DNA from: Paragordius varius
Taxonomy: Eukaryota; Animalia; Nematomorpha
Assembly: GCA_964247055.1 (NCBI GenBank)
Contig: OZ176054.1
Span: 12,276,001 to 12,340,000 of the forward strand
DNA: 64,000 nucleotides
Reading direction: 5' to 3'
Shown: positions 1-14,214 of the stretch, in pieces
Position numbering within the stretch: the first letter of the stretch is position 1
How the letters are laid out: the number at the start of each line of letters is the position of its first letter
Made by a program: the position numbers and the translations under genes
The notes under the pieces: generated by a model
Database searches by the model: none
The model's input: only the letters and a program-made list of their open reading frames with translations
Told to the model about the DNA's origin: nothing

Positions 1-497
1 AATTGGACCCAAAATGGTTCATGAGAAAAGCGAATTGATATCGGGTTGGTTACTAATTCAAGTAAAACCCTCACCAAAGCGATTGCACTTCGAGGACCAA
101 TTGAAGTGTTTAAAAACCAAATATAAATGTTTAAGGACTAGCTTTAAGTGTTAAAGGACAATCTTGAAGTTCAAATGGTTTAAGTACCGGTTTCGTTCCA
201 GCTTGGACCTACATGGCTTCCTTACCAATTTATAAGATGCCCTCAATTCCAACTTCAAAATTTCGCCCCTCAAATTTTCGAGACCATCTCACCGTTTTCG
301 TACCACATATTTGTTTATTTTTCAAATAATAATTATAAAATACTAAAAATTTCATTAAGCACTGATTGATTTTGTTAAAAACATGGATATATATTCAAAT
401 TTGGAAGTCATTCTCGATTATATTTCATTCTTCTAATGATGAAAGATGGAATAGTTAAAGCATTTTTTAATTTATTAAAAGTAAGTTCCGTCTAGAG

Positions 498-2125
498 CTG
501 ATCCTCTTAAACTTTTGTTCCCGACGCCATTTATGATTGCGAATTTCTTAACGACCCCAACAAATATAAAAGAAAAATAATAGTTTCTTCGAAATAACAC
601 CTAGAAATTTTAATGATAATATCTATCAAGATTTTTTCGGTTTTAAGAGATTGACAAAAATCAATCTACATTTTTTAATTTCTATAACATTTTCTGATTT
701 CTGTGAATTTATATACTAGCTGGCCCTGTCACGCTTCGCTGTGACGTAGTCTCACCGATTATTCCGAATATCAAAATATAGAGTTAATGGAGATAAAAAA
801 TAATAAAAAAACATATTTAATAAAAAGAATGTCTTTAATTATTCTTTTACGGGTTTTTGCATAGGTTCAATATTGTTTACTCGAAATAAACCATATTTAA
901 ACTGTCTCTAATTAAAGTTAATATTTAAATTATGATATTCGTTTTACGAAATCATAATAAAAGTTCTATTTTCAAATTGTGTTCACACAGCTGGGATCAA
1001 GAGACATAAAAGTAAATCATTTGTGGTCCCTTTTTAAAGGTAAGAATAATATTATAAAATTCCCCGGAAATGTGTTTAACTGAACTCGTATGGCTTCTTA
1101 AGTTTTTTGAAAATTAGCCCCAAAACTAGGCCATTTTGTATGGCGTCTCAGTTTTAAATCGGTAGACCCCCTACCCATAGACCTATATGGAAAAAGCGCT
1201 GAGTTAAATTCTTTGCCTTTAAAGGGCAAATATTTGGAAACATCTTTGAGACCATCGTCTCATGGGTTCGAAAAAATACCTCAACACTAAATAATTATAT
1301 GATGGCGTATTTTCAGGGCATAAAGGCCCCAAATTAACGACTAATAAAAAAAAACCCCGACCTTATTTTTACCTAGTTTGGGTAATATTTCAAGCTTTTA
1401 ATTAGCTCATATGGCTTCATATCTGTAAATTAGCTCCAAAACAACGCAATTTCTATATGGCGGAGTTTTCGCGATTTTACCCAGCAGCCAATATTAAAAA
1501 ACGCAAGACTAAAATTTTTGCCTTTTAAGAGGGAAAACTTGGAATCCTCATTAGATTTTAACCATCTCATACCCTAGGCAAAAAATTATTTAGTTTTTTT
1601 GATAAAAATGGCATTTTATGGGGGGAGCGGGTCAAGAGAGCTTAAATTAAAAAAGTAAGCCGACTATGTTCGGTGCAATCGAAAACAAGTTAAAAAAACA
1701 TACTTGAAATCAACCAGCACGTTTTCCGGAAATTGTCTCAAAGACACGATTTTTGTGGACTTGTGTTGTCCAAAAAACTCGTTTGTTACACCGGAGTGGG
1801 CTCGAACTGAGGGCCTAATTCAAAAAAGGGCTAAGCTATTATTGGGGTATTCATTGATTATATTTTTTTGACAGTTGGATTTGGATCTACTGGTTTTCCG
1901 GAAACAGATACCAAAGCCGGCATTTTCCATTTTTATAAATATATAGATTATAATGAAGCAATAGAAATGCTAGTATAAACAGTCTTTCCGAACCAGAAGA
2001 TTTTATGATATATTATCTTCGATGATTGCCATTTTTCTTTATAACATTAATTTTAAAGTTAAAAATTTTTTTGTTAAATTGTATTTTTATCACTCGCGAC
2101 CCCACCCATAGTTTAAAAAGCCCTG
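498..2125. mobile_element. hAT (Charlie/Buster-type) non-autonomous element interrupted by a Helitron
   Basis: Identical 8-bp TSD GTCTAGAG at 490-497 and 2126-2133 (NTCTAGAN-type target). Right end gtttaaaaagccctg; degenerate left end ctgatcctcttaaact (11/16 match); gcgaccc subterminal motifs. Confidence 0.55.
716..1947 (-). mobile_element. Non-autonomous Helitron (1232 bp)
   Basis: Minus strand starts A|TCTATATATTTATAAAAATG and ends in a GC hairpin (gtcac-agcgaagc-gtgac) followed by GGCCAGCTAG|T. No TSD, A/T insertion site. Second copy at 47497-48978. Confidence 0.8.
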
Positions 2126-2618
2126 GTCTAGAGAGTTTTAACTTTATTGATAATCGAAGTGAAGCAAATTAATATGTATTCACCCCTTCGAAATTGAAAA
2201 CCGGTTATCATAAGGCAACTTTGGAATTTGCGGAATTAACAGCGTCTGATTTTAGCGATCAAAAGGTTATTATAATGTTTTTTTTAAAAAAATATTTCCC
2301 AACGATAAAAGGGATATATTTTTGCATTTTTATAGCGTAATAAATAAAAAAGAGGAACAACTCAAAAAGACTTTTGTTTATGCTGCGATATATTTGCTTG
2401 TTATATAATAAATGAACAAAGTATCAAAAAATAAGGCTCGCTAAAATTTATTGAAGCTGTAAGAATGGAAAATAGATGGCATCTAACCGATTGGAAGGCA
2501 TATACTAAAATATAGAAAATTTACTATTTTCAATTAAAAAGATAAAACATATGAATTCGACAAAAAACTGTTTTCCTAGTCAGCCAATATTTTGGAAACG
2601 TGCCGAAAATGACATCAC

Positions 2619-3772
2619 TAGTTGTGCTCACCAAATCATGACCCGGTCAGTGACTATTATTTTTGACCATGGTCATTTAAAAAACAGCGGCTTTTTAAAA
2701 AATTTGCTAGTAATTTTTTTTAAAAAAAGACAGTAAGATTTTATCACTTAATATATTCTTTAACACTTAGATACAACACATTTATTTTAGTCCTTCGATT
2801 ATAAATTGTTTTGCACTTATCTAACATTATTAAACCGAAATATATCAAAAATGACATGTGTGCAATGGTAAAATTGAAAAATAATACAAAATAAACCGCT
2901 TTTTCTATTTCTATCAATGTTAGATGTAATTTAATAAAAAATTAGCTTTAGTTTCACCAAAATTAAATGAAGACGATATTATGCAAAAATTTTGTAAAAT
3001 AAAAATGGCATCGAAGTAGTTTGACATGTTTTTTTCAAAACAAAATTTATTTAGATATTTTGGTATATTTATATAATTTTTATTAGGATAGAAGCATATA
3101 TTTAAATTATGACCGTTTCCTTAAGTAGTTTTTCCAAAATTATAACTCAAATTTAGTTTGGGGTATTTAGATACCCCAATTTGAATTGAAGTAAAAAACA
3201 TAAATTAAATATTTAAATATACAAAATAATCGAATATTAAATATGCCTATTTAACAATATTTTAAAAATTGTTAAACATGCATTCTTATAACATTAGTAT
3301 TAAAGCTTATCCGGTTATTTCGAATAACAAAACAATCAATCCTTGTGCAAAAATGCAATTATTCCATCATGTGTAAACCAATAAAATGAAAAAACATCTT
3401 ATAATTATATATTAATTCATTGATGAAAGATATTGTATAACAAACTAAGTAAAATTTTTTTGAAATATCCTGTATTAAAAGTTATGTTTGAGATTTAGAA
3501 AGCCACTGGCAAAATTTATTTAAAAACAAAATTATTGATTAAATTGGATTGAATATTTTGCAAATAATAATAATATCAAAAATTATGTTGAAACTTTTAA
3601 GAAAAACATGACATCATTAGTGAAACGCAAGTGTCGTTCAAGCATTTTTTTCACAATCTCCAATATCGCATGATATTTACGTAATTAAAAAGTGGTCATG
3701 CCATGGTAATGACCATGGTTTGACTGGGTCTGACCGGACTTTTTGGAAAAAGCAGTCAGATGCACAACCATA
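2619..3772. mobile_element. hAT-type MITE (TAGGGTTGTGC family) with an internal insertion
   Basis: Degenerate TIRs ta-gttgtgc / gcacaaccata; TSD gacatcac/cacatcac (7/8); homologous to 45134-45757. Confidence 0.65.
2764..3210. mobile_element. TTAA-flanked (piggyBac-like) MITE nested in the hAT MITE
   Basis: Homologous to 35004-35573 (ttaa|cactt.gatacaacaca... and ggggtatttagatacccc subterminal palindrome); right terminus eroded. Confidence 0.4.
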
Positions 3773-5471
3773 CACATCACGTTATTATTACTTATAACAG
3801 ATTTATGTCTAAGGAGGCTTCATATTTTTTAAGGGGTAATCTATCGTAATTAAGACTATGTTTAAATTTCTTTAAATATGTGATAATTAATTAAACATTG
3901 AAGATACAAAATAGGGTTGTAGTGTTGTATAATTCTTCCATTCAATTTTACTTTAATTATATTTATACCTAAAAACCATAGTTTGGTTTATATTTATTTT
4001 ATACGGATTTACCTCATAAAATAATTAGGTAACAAAATCCTTATAGGAAAGAGAGTTACCAAGCTGGCAACTTAATCGCAATGTTAGATTGGTTCTCCGG
4101 TCCAAATTTTTAAAGACATCTTAGGTCCATTATTAAAATTTATAATTCCGTTATAAAAGCATAAAAATTTATTCGACCCGGTTAAACCAGCCTTTAATGT
4201 CATGGGTTTTTCTTTATATATCTTTTAACTAGCAACGATTTTTAATAAAAGTAGTCGACAAATTTGGACATTTTTGAGCACCACAACTCAATAAATTATG
4301 ACTAATTTCAGTGTTATAAAACCGAATCTGAAAAAAATTTTGATCCTTCCAATTTGAATTTTGAGATATTATAGGTTTTTCAATATTTCAAAAACAAGAG
4401 AAAATTGAGAGAACATTTAATATAACTTTATAATAAAAAGTTATTATGAAAGTAAAATTTATATAATTAAATAAAGCGTTTTAAACTCTATCTTGAATAT
4501 AAATATGTCATTTAAATATCAGGGAGAAAAAAATAGTACGGATATAAACGTCAAAATTCCGTTTTTTTTCAAGTTAATTTTAAACATGTATAAATTTATA
4601 TTAAAAAAATACTAAAAGAGTCATTCTATGGTATAAACCTCGGCTTTCAGATTAGGCTATATTTATTTTGTTAGTTTTCGTTATTTCAAGTACTTATTAG
4701 GGTTTTTCTCTTTGGTTGATTCTTACGAAAATTCCTCTATTTACACCTAGTGGATATTATTTATTTTTTAAAATAATTGGTTGCCCTGTATTTTGAATTT
4801 TAGATGGATGTTAGCCACTTTTAGTAAAATATACTGTTATGGGATTGGACCATTTGTATTTACCTAATCTCTTTATTCGATTTAATGGTAGAATTTATCT
4901 AACTTTATTCTATGAATTGGTTAATTTGACATGTCAATGGATATTGCTTAGAAGTCACTCCTATCGGGCTTTACGATTACTTATTGTTACCTTTGCCATA
5001 TCTGGCATAATTATAGGATCGCTTGGGGGATAAGTTGCAGAGCTTTGCAAGCCGCCCGGATCTATTACACCATACATATGCCCTTTTAAATTTTTAATAT
5101 TATGGCTCTTAGCTTGTTTAGTATCTTACTTTGTTTGATGCCTAGAATTTTGTTATTCATGCAAATAAATTTTTTGTACAAATTTTAGTGTTGATTATAG
5201 TCTATATATCCATTTACTCGTATATCTTGAGAGGCACCTCCACAAAAAATTGTAGAAATACATATTAAAATTATTCTCAATATTTTCATTTTCTTTTTAA
5301 CTACAAATTAATATATTCAATAAAATGAATATTTATTTATTGTATATATTTAAAATAATAATTATGTAGCATTAAAATTCCAGATAAAATCAGAAATATT
5401 GTTTCGCGAGTTGTATCTCGCTTCAAATCTTTTATGTTCATCTATTGTGTAGCTTCATAGTCATTCTAGAG

Positions 5472-7312
5472 CAGTGGTACTCACCAAAAAAATTTGACGG
5501 GCCAAATAAAATATATTATTTTTTTGAGGGCCATGAACCAATGACAAATATTCCATAGCTATTTGACACATATGCAATACACTAAATCAGCACAATGAAT
5601 TTTATGCGAATCGCATGTAAATCCAGCTAAAAACTCGTTTTGCACCATTTAAAAAATTAAAATATTTCGTTAACATTTATTTTGATATTAACCAATTATT
5701 TTTGACAAATTTGGTTTCGCCTCATGACAGGCCAATCTTAATACGTCGTCCATATGATCATCGGAAGCGATTTCTGTATGTATTCTTGGCATACTTCAAT
5801 TTTAAATATGCCGCCTCACACTTACAAGTTGAAGGAAAAACAGTTAAGATAACTTGAGCACATTTTCTTATATTCTTACATTTATTTGGCACATCTTGCA
5901 AAACTCTACATATCTTTCTTCCCCACGATTCTCCTTGAATATAGCCCCCTGAAATCATTTTTAAGATCAACGAATTTTTCAATGATATGCGCCTGTCAAA
6001 ACCGAAATGCTCTAGTTGCTTAATATTGGATGTATCCATATGCCATGGATTTTCAACGAGTTTAAAGCAATTTTTACTATTTCTTAATTCTGAATTTCAT
6101 CTCATTAGATAAAAATGTTGATAACCTACGCGGTAATGCAAAGGTAGGCTAATAAAACCCACTGTTTGTCGCTATTATTTTGCTCGTCAAACTTTCTGTT
6201 ATCTTTTATACATAATAGAATTTCATGCCTTAAAACAAAAAATATATTTAATACTTTGGTAAGGCTAAGCTATCGCACAGCGGTGCACAAATATGGTCAA
6301 ATTCACTGTGGATATCTTTCAGAAGGTTTTTTTAATTTACGGCCGTTGAATTCTTTGCCACGGATGTGGTTAACTATACCCACAACCGTTTTAATTACTT
6401 AATTGAGTGATTCATCTTTTGTACGCGAAACCAAGTTGCTGATGAATAAAGCAGTAAACGGACAAAATATTTTGCAAATTTGTTTATTCCAATGATAGAG
6501 GGACACCCATCTGTGCACAAAACCAATTTTTTCATAGATATGCCATTATTATCGAAAAAAATTCTAATTATTTTTAGGAAATTACTTCTTTTCGTGGTAT
6601 TATTCATTGGTAAAAATAAATACTCGTTGATTATGTTATCGTTGCAAAATCTCACGAAGAGCGCACATTGAGATGTCTTTCCATATTGTATTTTTTAAAA
6701 TTATGTGGTCCTTACATATAAGGCAGGTAACATTTTTAAAAACGACAAAAAAAATTTCTTCCTATTCTTTTTTAAAGGAGCGATTTTCATCGGATAATTT
6801 ATATTTTAGCATTAGATGTTATCCTTTTAATTTATGTTTAAATATTATGTAAATTTTTACAAAAAAATAGGAATATAATTTGATTATGCTATAAAAAAAA
6901 CAGGACGAAATTTAATGATGTTGATTTGAAAAATATTTTATGGAAATGAGTATCAGAAAATGATGTAAGATAGCAATGAAAAGAATATGTAAGTTTGGGT
7001 GAAAGGCTTGCTTTACAAAAAAGGATTGCAAAAAAATTTTAAAATAGAAAATAAAATAAAATACAGAAACAAAAACAACGTGTACCAAAATTTTGAAATC
7101 ATTTTAATGTGGGAAAATTTTTCTACATTTCAAATTGGTTAAAAAATAAAAATTACCAAAATTAAATTTAAGGAAAATAAATTAATATTAAAATATGTCG
7201 CTTATGTGTATTTTAAAAAAATGATAATTTATGTATCTATTTGGTCATAGGGCAATTTTAAAGAACTCTTAGGGCCGCATGCGGCCCGCGGGCCGCGGTT
7301 TGAGTATCACTG
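5472..7312 (-). mobile_element. hAT (Buster/ZBED5-like) DNA transposon, internally deleted and decayed
   Basis: TIR cagtggtactca / tgagtatcactg; perfect 8-bp TSD TTCTAGAG; gggccgcatgcggcccgcgggccg subterminal motif. Minus-strand transposase remnants LCTDGCPSIIG (6395-6655) and FPSTCKCEAAYLKLKYAKNTYRNRF (5758-6039). Confidence 0.9.
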
Positions 7313-8179
7313 TTCTAGAGCCTACATTTTATAAAATAATATACCCATCCGATGGTAACTTTCTACAACCTCTTGGCCTAATATTTTATACTCCTCTGAC
7401 TTATGTGATCCTAATATTTAAAAAAATATTATACCCCAGTGTTGAAATCTTTTAAAGCTTCAAAAGCTTATTTTCCTTTGCAGATAATAGGTTTATAGTT
7501 ATCTTAAAAATTTTTTTTGATTAAAGGCCCATTAGCTATCTCAGCCCCAGCTTTGGCTTTACTGAGTTTATAATGATTCTGAAAGTACATTGAGGCTGAA
7601 TCTTTCTCAAGATTTTTTATGAATAAGCAGCATTTTTAGGCAGTTTAGATAAAGTTTTATTTAATGGATCACCACTAACATTTTCTGTAAGGTCTTCGTT
7701 AGAAAAAATGGGGGGCTTATGCTCTGTCATTTTCAATTTTGGTATCAAAATATTTTGCAAAATGTTTTCCAGTATTAACATCGATATTCCGCAAGTTATT
7801 TTTCTTAAATATATATTTACCACAACAGATGCAAAATTTATTTGGATCATTTTTGCATTTTCGTACTAAAATTATATGAAAATACCTGGATCTGGAATGT
7901 TACTTGTATCGACGGCTCGTTTAAATATTTAAACATATGTACACAAGGAATGATTGTTTTTTTAAATTAAATACAAAATTAAAAATTAAATTTTGGAAAA
8001 ATCCTATTGGTGGCCATAAATTTTTTTTGTTTTGGCCTTTCCATGCCATTAGTTATCAATCCAAAAAAATGGGGTGGTGCAAAACCTTGTTGAGCAGTGT
8101 AATTTTAAGTGAAGGGTCAGTTGTTAGTGTATTTTCATTTTTTCTAAAGATTGCCGACGCCCTTCCCCCACACTTATTT

Positions 8180-8303
8180 TACTTTTTTGATGAATATGAT
8201 ATTGTTAATACCATAGAGCTCTTGTTTTTCCATTCTTTACCAAATATTTATACCCATTAACGAAAAAAAGTAAATTTTTGTAAAAATAAAGTATACATGA
8301 CTG
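8180..8303. mobile_element. Right half of Tc1/mariner-type MITE (CAGTCATG family)
   Basis: Matches 59750-59872 and ends catgactg|ta; left TIR not found. Confidence 0.45.
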
Positions 8304-10724
8304 TAATGAAAATGCGAATTTAAATCATTTAAATCTAATTTATTATAAAATAAAACTTAGTTCTTTAAAATTATCTTTTAAATGTTCTATAGTTGATTTC
8401 CATGTTTTGCTAAGAAATTTAATATTTCGCATTCCATATTATTGAAATTTATTATCAGAAACCTGTTAATTACGAATATACATATTTATCCTTGAGAAAA
8501 ACAATACATATGAATCATTAATTGTGTAAGTTTTCCCATTATATTTAATAATTTGATTATACAAACGAAATGACAAAAAATGTTTAGTCTAATAATTAAA
8601 TAAAGTCCAAACTTCGGATATTTTAGCAATTTTACAATGCTCTTTGATTAACCGATGGAAGGCAGCGTTAAAGGTCCATTGATAGAGATAATCTTAAAAA
8701 AATCTGAGCTGTTTCGCTAAAGTATAATTTTACGAGGCTTGAAACATATAAAATGTACTCATTTACAAACATGCGGTGTGAAAATTATAATGCTATCACT
8801 AATTGGTATGATCGACAAAACATCTACTTAATATAAAGTTAAGTACCGCAATGTTTATAGTATTAGACATTGATCCTAACCAATACAAATAATATTTTTT
8901 CTGAAATGTCATTCTCTATCTTTCGCCAAAAACTATAGATCATATCAGTGGTATCCCCGAAATTAGGGGGCCAAATTTTTTCGGTTCCACGGATCTAGTA
9001 TCATATAATTTTAACAAATATTGAATGGAAAAATTAAGGCCCTAAATTAGTATATCAAATAAAAATAACTTATTCAATCCATTTTTCGTCGTCAGAAAAT
9101 CAATGGATTACACTAAAAGCATATTGATACGCAAAAATGGGTGGCGGGTTGACAGAAGAAAAACCTGATAATAATATTTAACCAAAATTTGTTTATTAAA
9201 TATATAAAATTGTAAAATCCTCATTTTTAACTTTCTGGCCGCCTTTATTTCTATAAATTTTTTTAATTCGCTAATACACGGGCATACTATATTATGGTTA
9301 AAAAATATAAATAATTAACTTTAAGGGACTATCAGGCTACTTTTTACCAACAAAAACTTGAATTTGTATATATTAACTGTTATTTCTATCGTGTTTTGAA
9401 GCTGTGCCAATTGTAGACTCTATAAAAAACTGTAAGAAATATAAGCTTTTTTTATCCCATACATGAGAACAGTGTTTGATAATTAAATTATATCAAAAAT
9501 AACTTTTTAAATAGTAATTCTTTACAATATCGTGGGATATAAAACTACCCAAAGTATAAATTGGACGAAAATGAAAAGTTAATGAAGTAATAAAGTTTTT
9601 ACCTTTGTTGTAAGTATTTCAGAAATGACATTTGATCACATTTTTTAAATAACTCCTGTTAGTTTAAGCTAAAGGCTTCATTTCAAAATATGACTATATA
9701 TCATAAACTACATATAAAACCAAAACAATATTTTTGAAAAATTATTAGATGTTAATATTTCTTTAGTCGGGAATGAATTTTCGGCATATAGACCGCCATA
9801 ATGCTTTCATATAATTTTCAGTAATTATAAAGTAATAAAATTCTAACCTTCTGTCAAAAGCATATCTGTAGCTACCATTACCAAAATCAACATAAACCAT
9901 GTCTGCTTCGTCATTTTCAAAAAGATATCAAAAAATTTGTAAAAATAAGAGACGATTTTAATTGCCAAAAAGCGGTACAGTATAAATTTTCTTACCTGCT
10001 ATATATCATTGATGCTCTTTTGATATAAACACAACCAAAAAGATGTGAGATGGTAATATATTTGGATATTGTTTGACAATATCGGCAGCCATGTTTTGAA
10101 ATGCTACCATGAGTTTTTATTTTCATAATATTGTAAAAATACATATTATAATGGTCCAAATTTTTCTATCTTGAATAAATTAATACTGATTATCATTATT
10201 CTAGCTTTTACAGTATTATAAAAAGTAGGAGAATCCATGAAATTATAATTAAAGCATATTTGAATAAACACCTAATAAAGTTAATAATTTCAATTATATT
10301 AAATTCCATTTATATCCAAATTTAATCGTAGCTTAATGATAATGATAATTACTGTCCTTTAAATAATATGATCATTCGAAAACTTCAATATTAAAGCAAT
10401 AAATTTTGTTATAGAAATAGTTAACGATCATAAATAATATTGACGAATTTTTAAAATGATTTAACCTTTAAAACATTATTTCAAGGTGTGAGACTGTATT
10501 AAAAAGCATTATTTTGTGATATTATAAAGTAAGATTAATAATTAAATGTTTATAATGGTTTGAATTCTTTTATAACTAAAGATATCGAATCAACCAAAGA
10601 AATAAAAAACAGTTCATCTTTTGGTTTATCCTGAAAACTGGTGCAAAACTTATGATACATAGTTATGATTCCGATATATTCGGCACACAAATTGCAGAGA
10701 AGTGAGTTTTCAATGCGCTTAAAC

Positions 10725-11190
10725 CAGGGGTGTCCAACACTCGCCTGAAAATAGCTACACTTTATGAATATGTATAAACTCTAAGTTTTAAAAAGACTTT
10801 AAATCGACCTTTTTTATTATGGCGCGTTTTGCAAAAATTGGAATCCAGGCGTTAATTTAAAAAGACACTTAGCTACAATTTGTGTTTATATAGACATTGT
10901 CATTCTATGTTTTATGGTTTTATAAGATTTTTAAAAATTGGCTTTAAAGCCATGTTATTTTAAATGGTGGCGTATTTAAAGAGGATGGTTCTCTGGCCAG
11001 TATATAAAAAATGGGAGTAACTACCCTTTATACAGGAAATTTCTTAACCATTATTTATTTCATAATTTTTTGTTGGTCAGCTTAAAGCCACATTATTATT
11101 TTATAGTGGCGCATTTTACTGTAAATGGAGCTCTACCCAAGGGTTAATGTAAAAAATAGGCTGGTGACTGGGGACTACAAGTAATGTCAA
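10725..11190. mobile_element. Possible hAT left end (caggggtgtccaac) with ggcg-containing subterminal repeats
   Basis: TIR-like start resembling 19607; no matching right end with a TSD. Confidence 0.3.
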
Positions 11191-11289
11191 CGGTATTTTT
11201 ATTGTATATATATTGTATAATGATATATATATATATATATATATATATCTAAAATAATTAGGTCTAATGTATTCACATATATCAAGTTG

Positions 11290-11481
11290 TGATGTTTGCT
11301 TTTATACAATTAACTCAAGGTATAAAAAAGTCACACGTGATGGTATAATTATATAATAATACTACACACATAAGTTAAAAGGTTAATATAATAATATATA
11401 ACGAATGTTGTTTGTGTGGTTAATCTAATCGTGTAATAACAGGTCTATTCAAATTAGCCTGTCAGTTACACTCTAACATCA
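11290..11481 (-). repeat. 3' LTR (192 bp) of the Gypsy element
   Basis: Begins TGATGTT immediately after the polypurine tract AGGAGGGGGTAG (11482-11493) and ends AACATCA (7-bp terminal inverted repeat, TG...CA). Confidence 0.8.
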
Positions 11482-12657
11482 CTACCCCCTCCTAACGAAA
11501 GCGGTGAATTTCTGACGACTTCTTGTCGGGAACCTTCGTTCTTGTGTTTTCGCGGGGGAGTAGGTTGTCGCAGATTCCTGGGTATTATCATTATTTGGAC
11601 TTTCGGCTGTCGGAGTAATTGGTTCAATTTCGTCCTTTGAATTCATCGTGTTTGGTTGCGTTTCGGTGATTGTTCCATCATCGGGGGCAGTGGTTACATC
11701 CTTCTCACTTGTGTTGCAGTCAGTGGTAGGTTGTGGTTGTGGCTGGTGTACTATTTGGTCAGCGTGTTTCCTCACAATTTTGTCTCGGTCTTTGTCCCAT
11801 ACCTTGTATGAAAATAACCCTGTACGGTCCGTAATCTCTCCGGCGCGCCACCCTGGCCTTAATTTTTTAATCATTACCTGGTCATTAATGGCAAACTGCC
11901 GTGGGGGGCCGGGGCCTCTAGCAATCTCGCCCTACTATTTACCAGGTTAAGGGGGTATGGGGAGTACGCTTGAACATTAACTGGGCTGGGGTTTCTTTCG
12001 TTGTTGAGTGTATCGAATTTCTATACGCCCATAGGCTAGTGTTAAACGCTTCGTGGGTGGATATCGCATTATTTTTTTTGTATTTATTTTTTATTGTAAC
12101 TACTAACCTTTCTACCATCCCATTACTTTTAGGATGGTAGGAGGTAACCTTAATATGTTTCGCCCCTAACGTACTTAAGGTTGACGTGAAGTACTCATTA
12201 CTGAAATACGAGCGTTATCGCTAACGATTTCTCTTGAAAAGCCAAACCTTGCAAATGTTTCTTCTACTTTATGGATTATATTCGCTGCGGTTACCTTTTT
12301 TAGAATAAACCCTTCTGCCCATTTCGAGGCACTATCGATTATCAACAACCAATAAAAACCGTCTACCGGTCCGGCTATATCAATATGCAAACGCTCCCAC
12401 ACAGCAACATTATGATCCCACTGATACGTGGGATTCTGAGTAACATTCGGCCTACTACGTTGGCACGATTCGCATTGACTACTGTCTTTTACCAGGTCAT
12501 TTTCTAATTCTGGCCAATAACATGTAAATCTGGCCATCGCTTTCATGGTCTCTACGTTGTTATGCCCGCTGTGTAGGTATCTCACCACCTCTTTTTGGAG
12601 GGGCTTCGGAATTACTATCCGATCATTTAAACTTAATAAGCCATATTGATATGCCAA
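11482..12657 (-). pseudogene. Gypsy integrase (H2C2 zinc finger, core, C-terminal tail), frameshifted
   Basis: HSGH...CESC, WERLHIDIAGP, VSDN; out-of-frame YHPKSNGMVERLV near 12110-12140. Terminal ORF 11482-11874 stops inside the PPT. Confidence 0.88.
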
Positions 12658-12671
12658 CTCGTCTTTACGGT

Positions 12672-13229
12672 TTACAAACTTTCTAATTCTGGAGAACTCC
12701 AGTCATGGTTGTTAAACGCTTTAATTACTTTTTGTAATACTACATCTAATGCGGTTTCTTTTCGAATTTTATCTCTGCTTCTCCGCACGTTATGACAATT
12801 CAAAAAACTCAGATATCTGGTAACCGGATAATCTTCATCATATGCAACGATCTCGTCAATCGGCCATCTCGATAAATAATCATCTCTATTTTGAGCCCCC
12901 TTTTGGTGACTTATTTCGAAGTCATTTATAATATTAATCCATCTTAGTACTTTAGCATTATGTATCTCTTTTAAATTTCGATCTCTATTTATTAAATTTA
13001 CTAAGGGTAAATGGTCAGTTAATATTATAAATTTTCTACCATATACGAAACTATGAAACTTTCTTAACGCAAACAATATTGCCTTTAATTCCTTCTCAAT
13101 AGTGGAATAATTCCTTTCAGCGTTGCTACACTTTTGTGAGGCATACGCTATCGGTATTCTTTCACTATTAACTTCATGACTTAAGATACACCTGAATCCT
13201 AAATCTGACGCATCAGTTTTTAGTATCAA
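12672..13229 (-). pseudogene. Gypsy RNase H
   Basis: LKTDASDLG, RNYSTIEKELKAILFALRKFH, ILTDHLPL motifs. Confidence 0.92.
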
Positions 13230-13444
13230 TTTCCTATCGGATTATATGGTGTTTAAAAACAATTTTTCGCTTAACAAGTTCTTAGCTGCTAAGCTTTTCT
13301 CATGTTTCTCGGTCCAAGACCATCTTGTATTTTTACTAGTTAATTCATATGGACCGACTATCATTTGTAATTTTGGTATAAAGCGTTCATGAAACGTCAA
13401 AAAACCTAAAAAACTACGTAATAACTTTTTATCTAATGACCTTT

Positions 13445-14098
13445 TTAGTTCCTTAATTGCTTTGATTTTGCTTTCACATAGCTTTTACCCTTTTTCGATA
13501 TTTCAAACCCTAAATAGTTTACTGATTCTGCATCTATCATTTTTTTATCTTGTCTTAATTTAAATCCGGCCTTATCGAGACGACTTAATACGTTATTTAA
13601 ATTGTTGTTGTGCTCATTTTCCGTCCTACCAGTCACTGGGAGGTCATCTAAATATACGCAAGTTCCCGGACTATCAGCCAGCACCTGTTCTATCACTCGT
13701 TGGAAGATGATGGGTGCTGTGGCCAGTCCAAACGGCATGCGTTTGTATCTAAAAAAACCTTTATGTATTGAGATAGTTAACAATTCTTGACACTCCTCTG
13801 CCACTGGCATTTGGAGGTAAGCATCTTTTAAATATATTTTTGTGAATGTGATACCTTCACCTATTTTCGACACCAACTTATCAAACGTGGGGATTATATG
13901 GGAGATATCTTGCAACCACTTATTAATCGTTACCCGAAAATCACTGCATATTCTTAATTCGCCATTCGGTTTAAGTACATTAACCGTAGGCGTGGCCCAT
14001 GTCACAGGCGTAATGTTAGGATCAATCGGTTCTAAGATGCCTAATTTTTTTAGCCACATCAGCTCTTTCTCCACCTTTTCTCTTAATAGAAAAGGCAC
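13445..14098 (-). pseudogene. Gypsy reverse transcriptase
   Basis: WATPTVNV.KPNGELRIC.DFR, RMPFGLATAP, VYLDD, YLGFEI motifs. Confidence 0.92.
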
Positions 14099-14214
14099 CC
14101 TGCGACATGGCCATACTTTCGGGATCGCATTCTCTGCAATGCGAATTTTTACAGGGTCCTTATAACACCCTAACTTATTTTCGAATAAATTTTTAAAATT
14201 TTCACAAATCTCAT

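Noticed and set aside
4650-5250. Possible 3' end of an RLE-type LINE (FFVEV...LGIKQSKILNKLRAII on minus) and ORF 4839-5033
   Set aside because: Similarity is a few residues across frameshifts, with no RT motif nearby; too weak to call.
8946-8975. hAT-like left end cagtggtatcccc
   Set aside because: No matching right end or TSD found.
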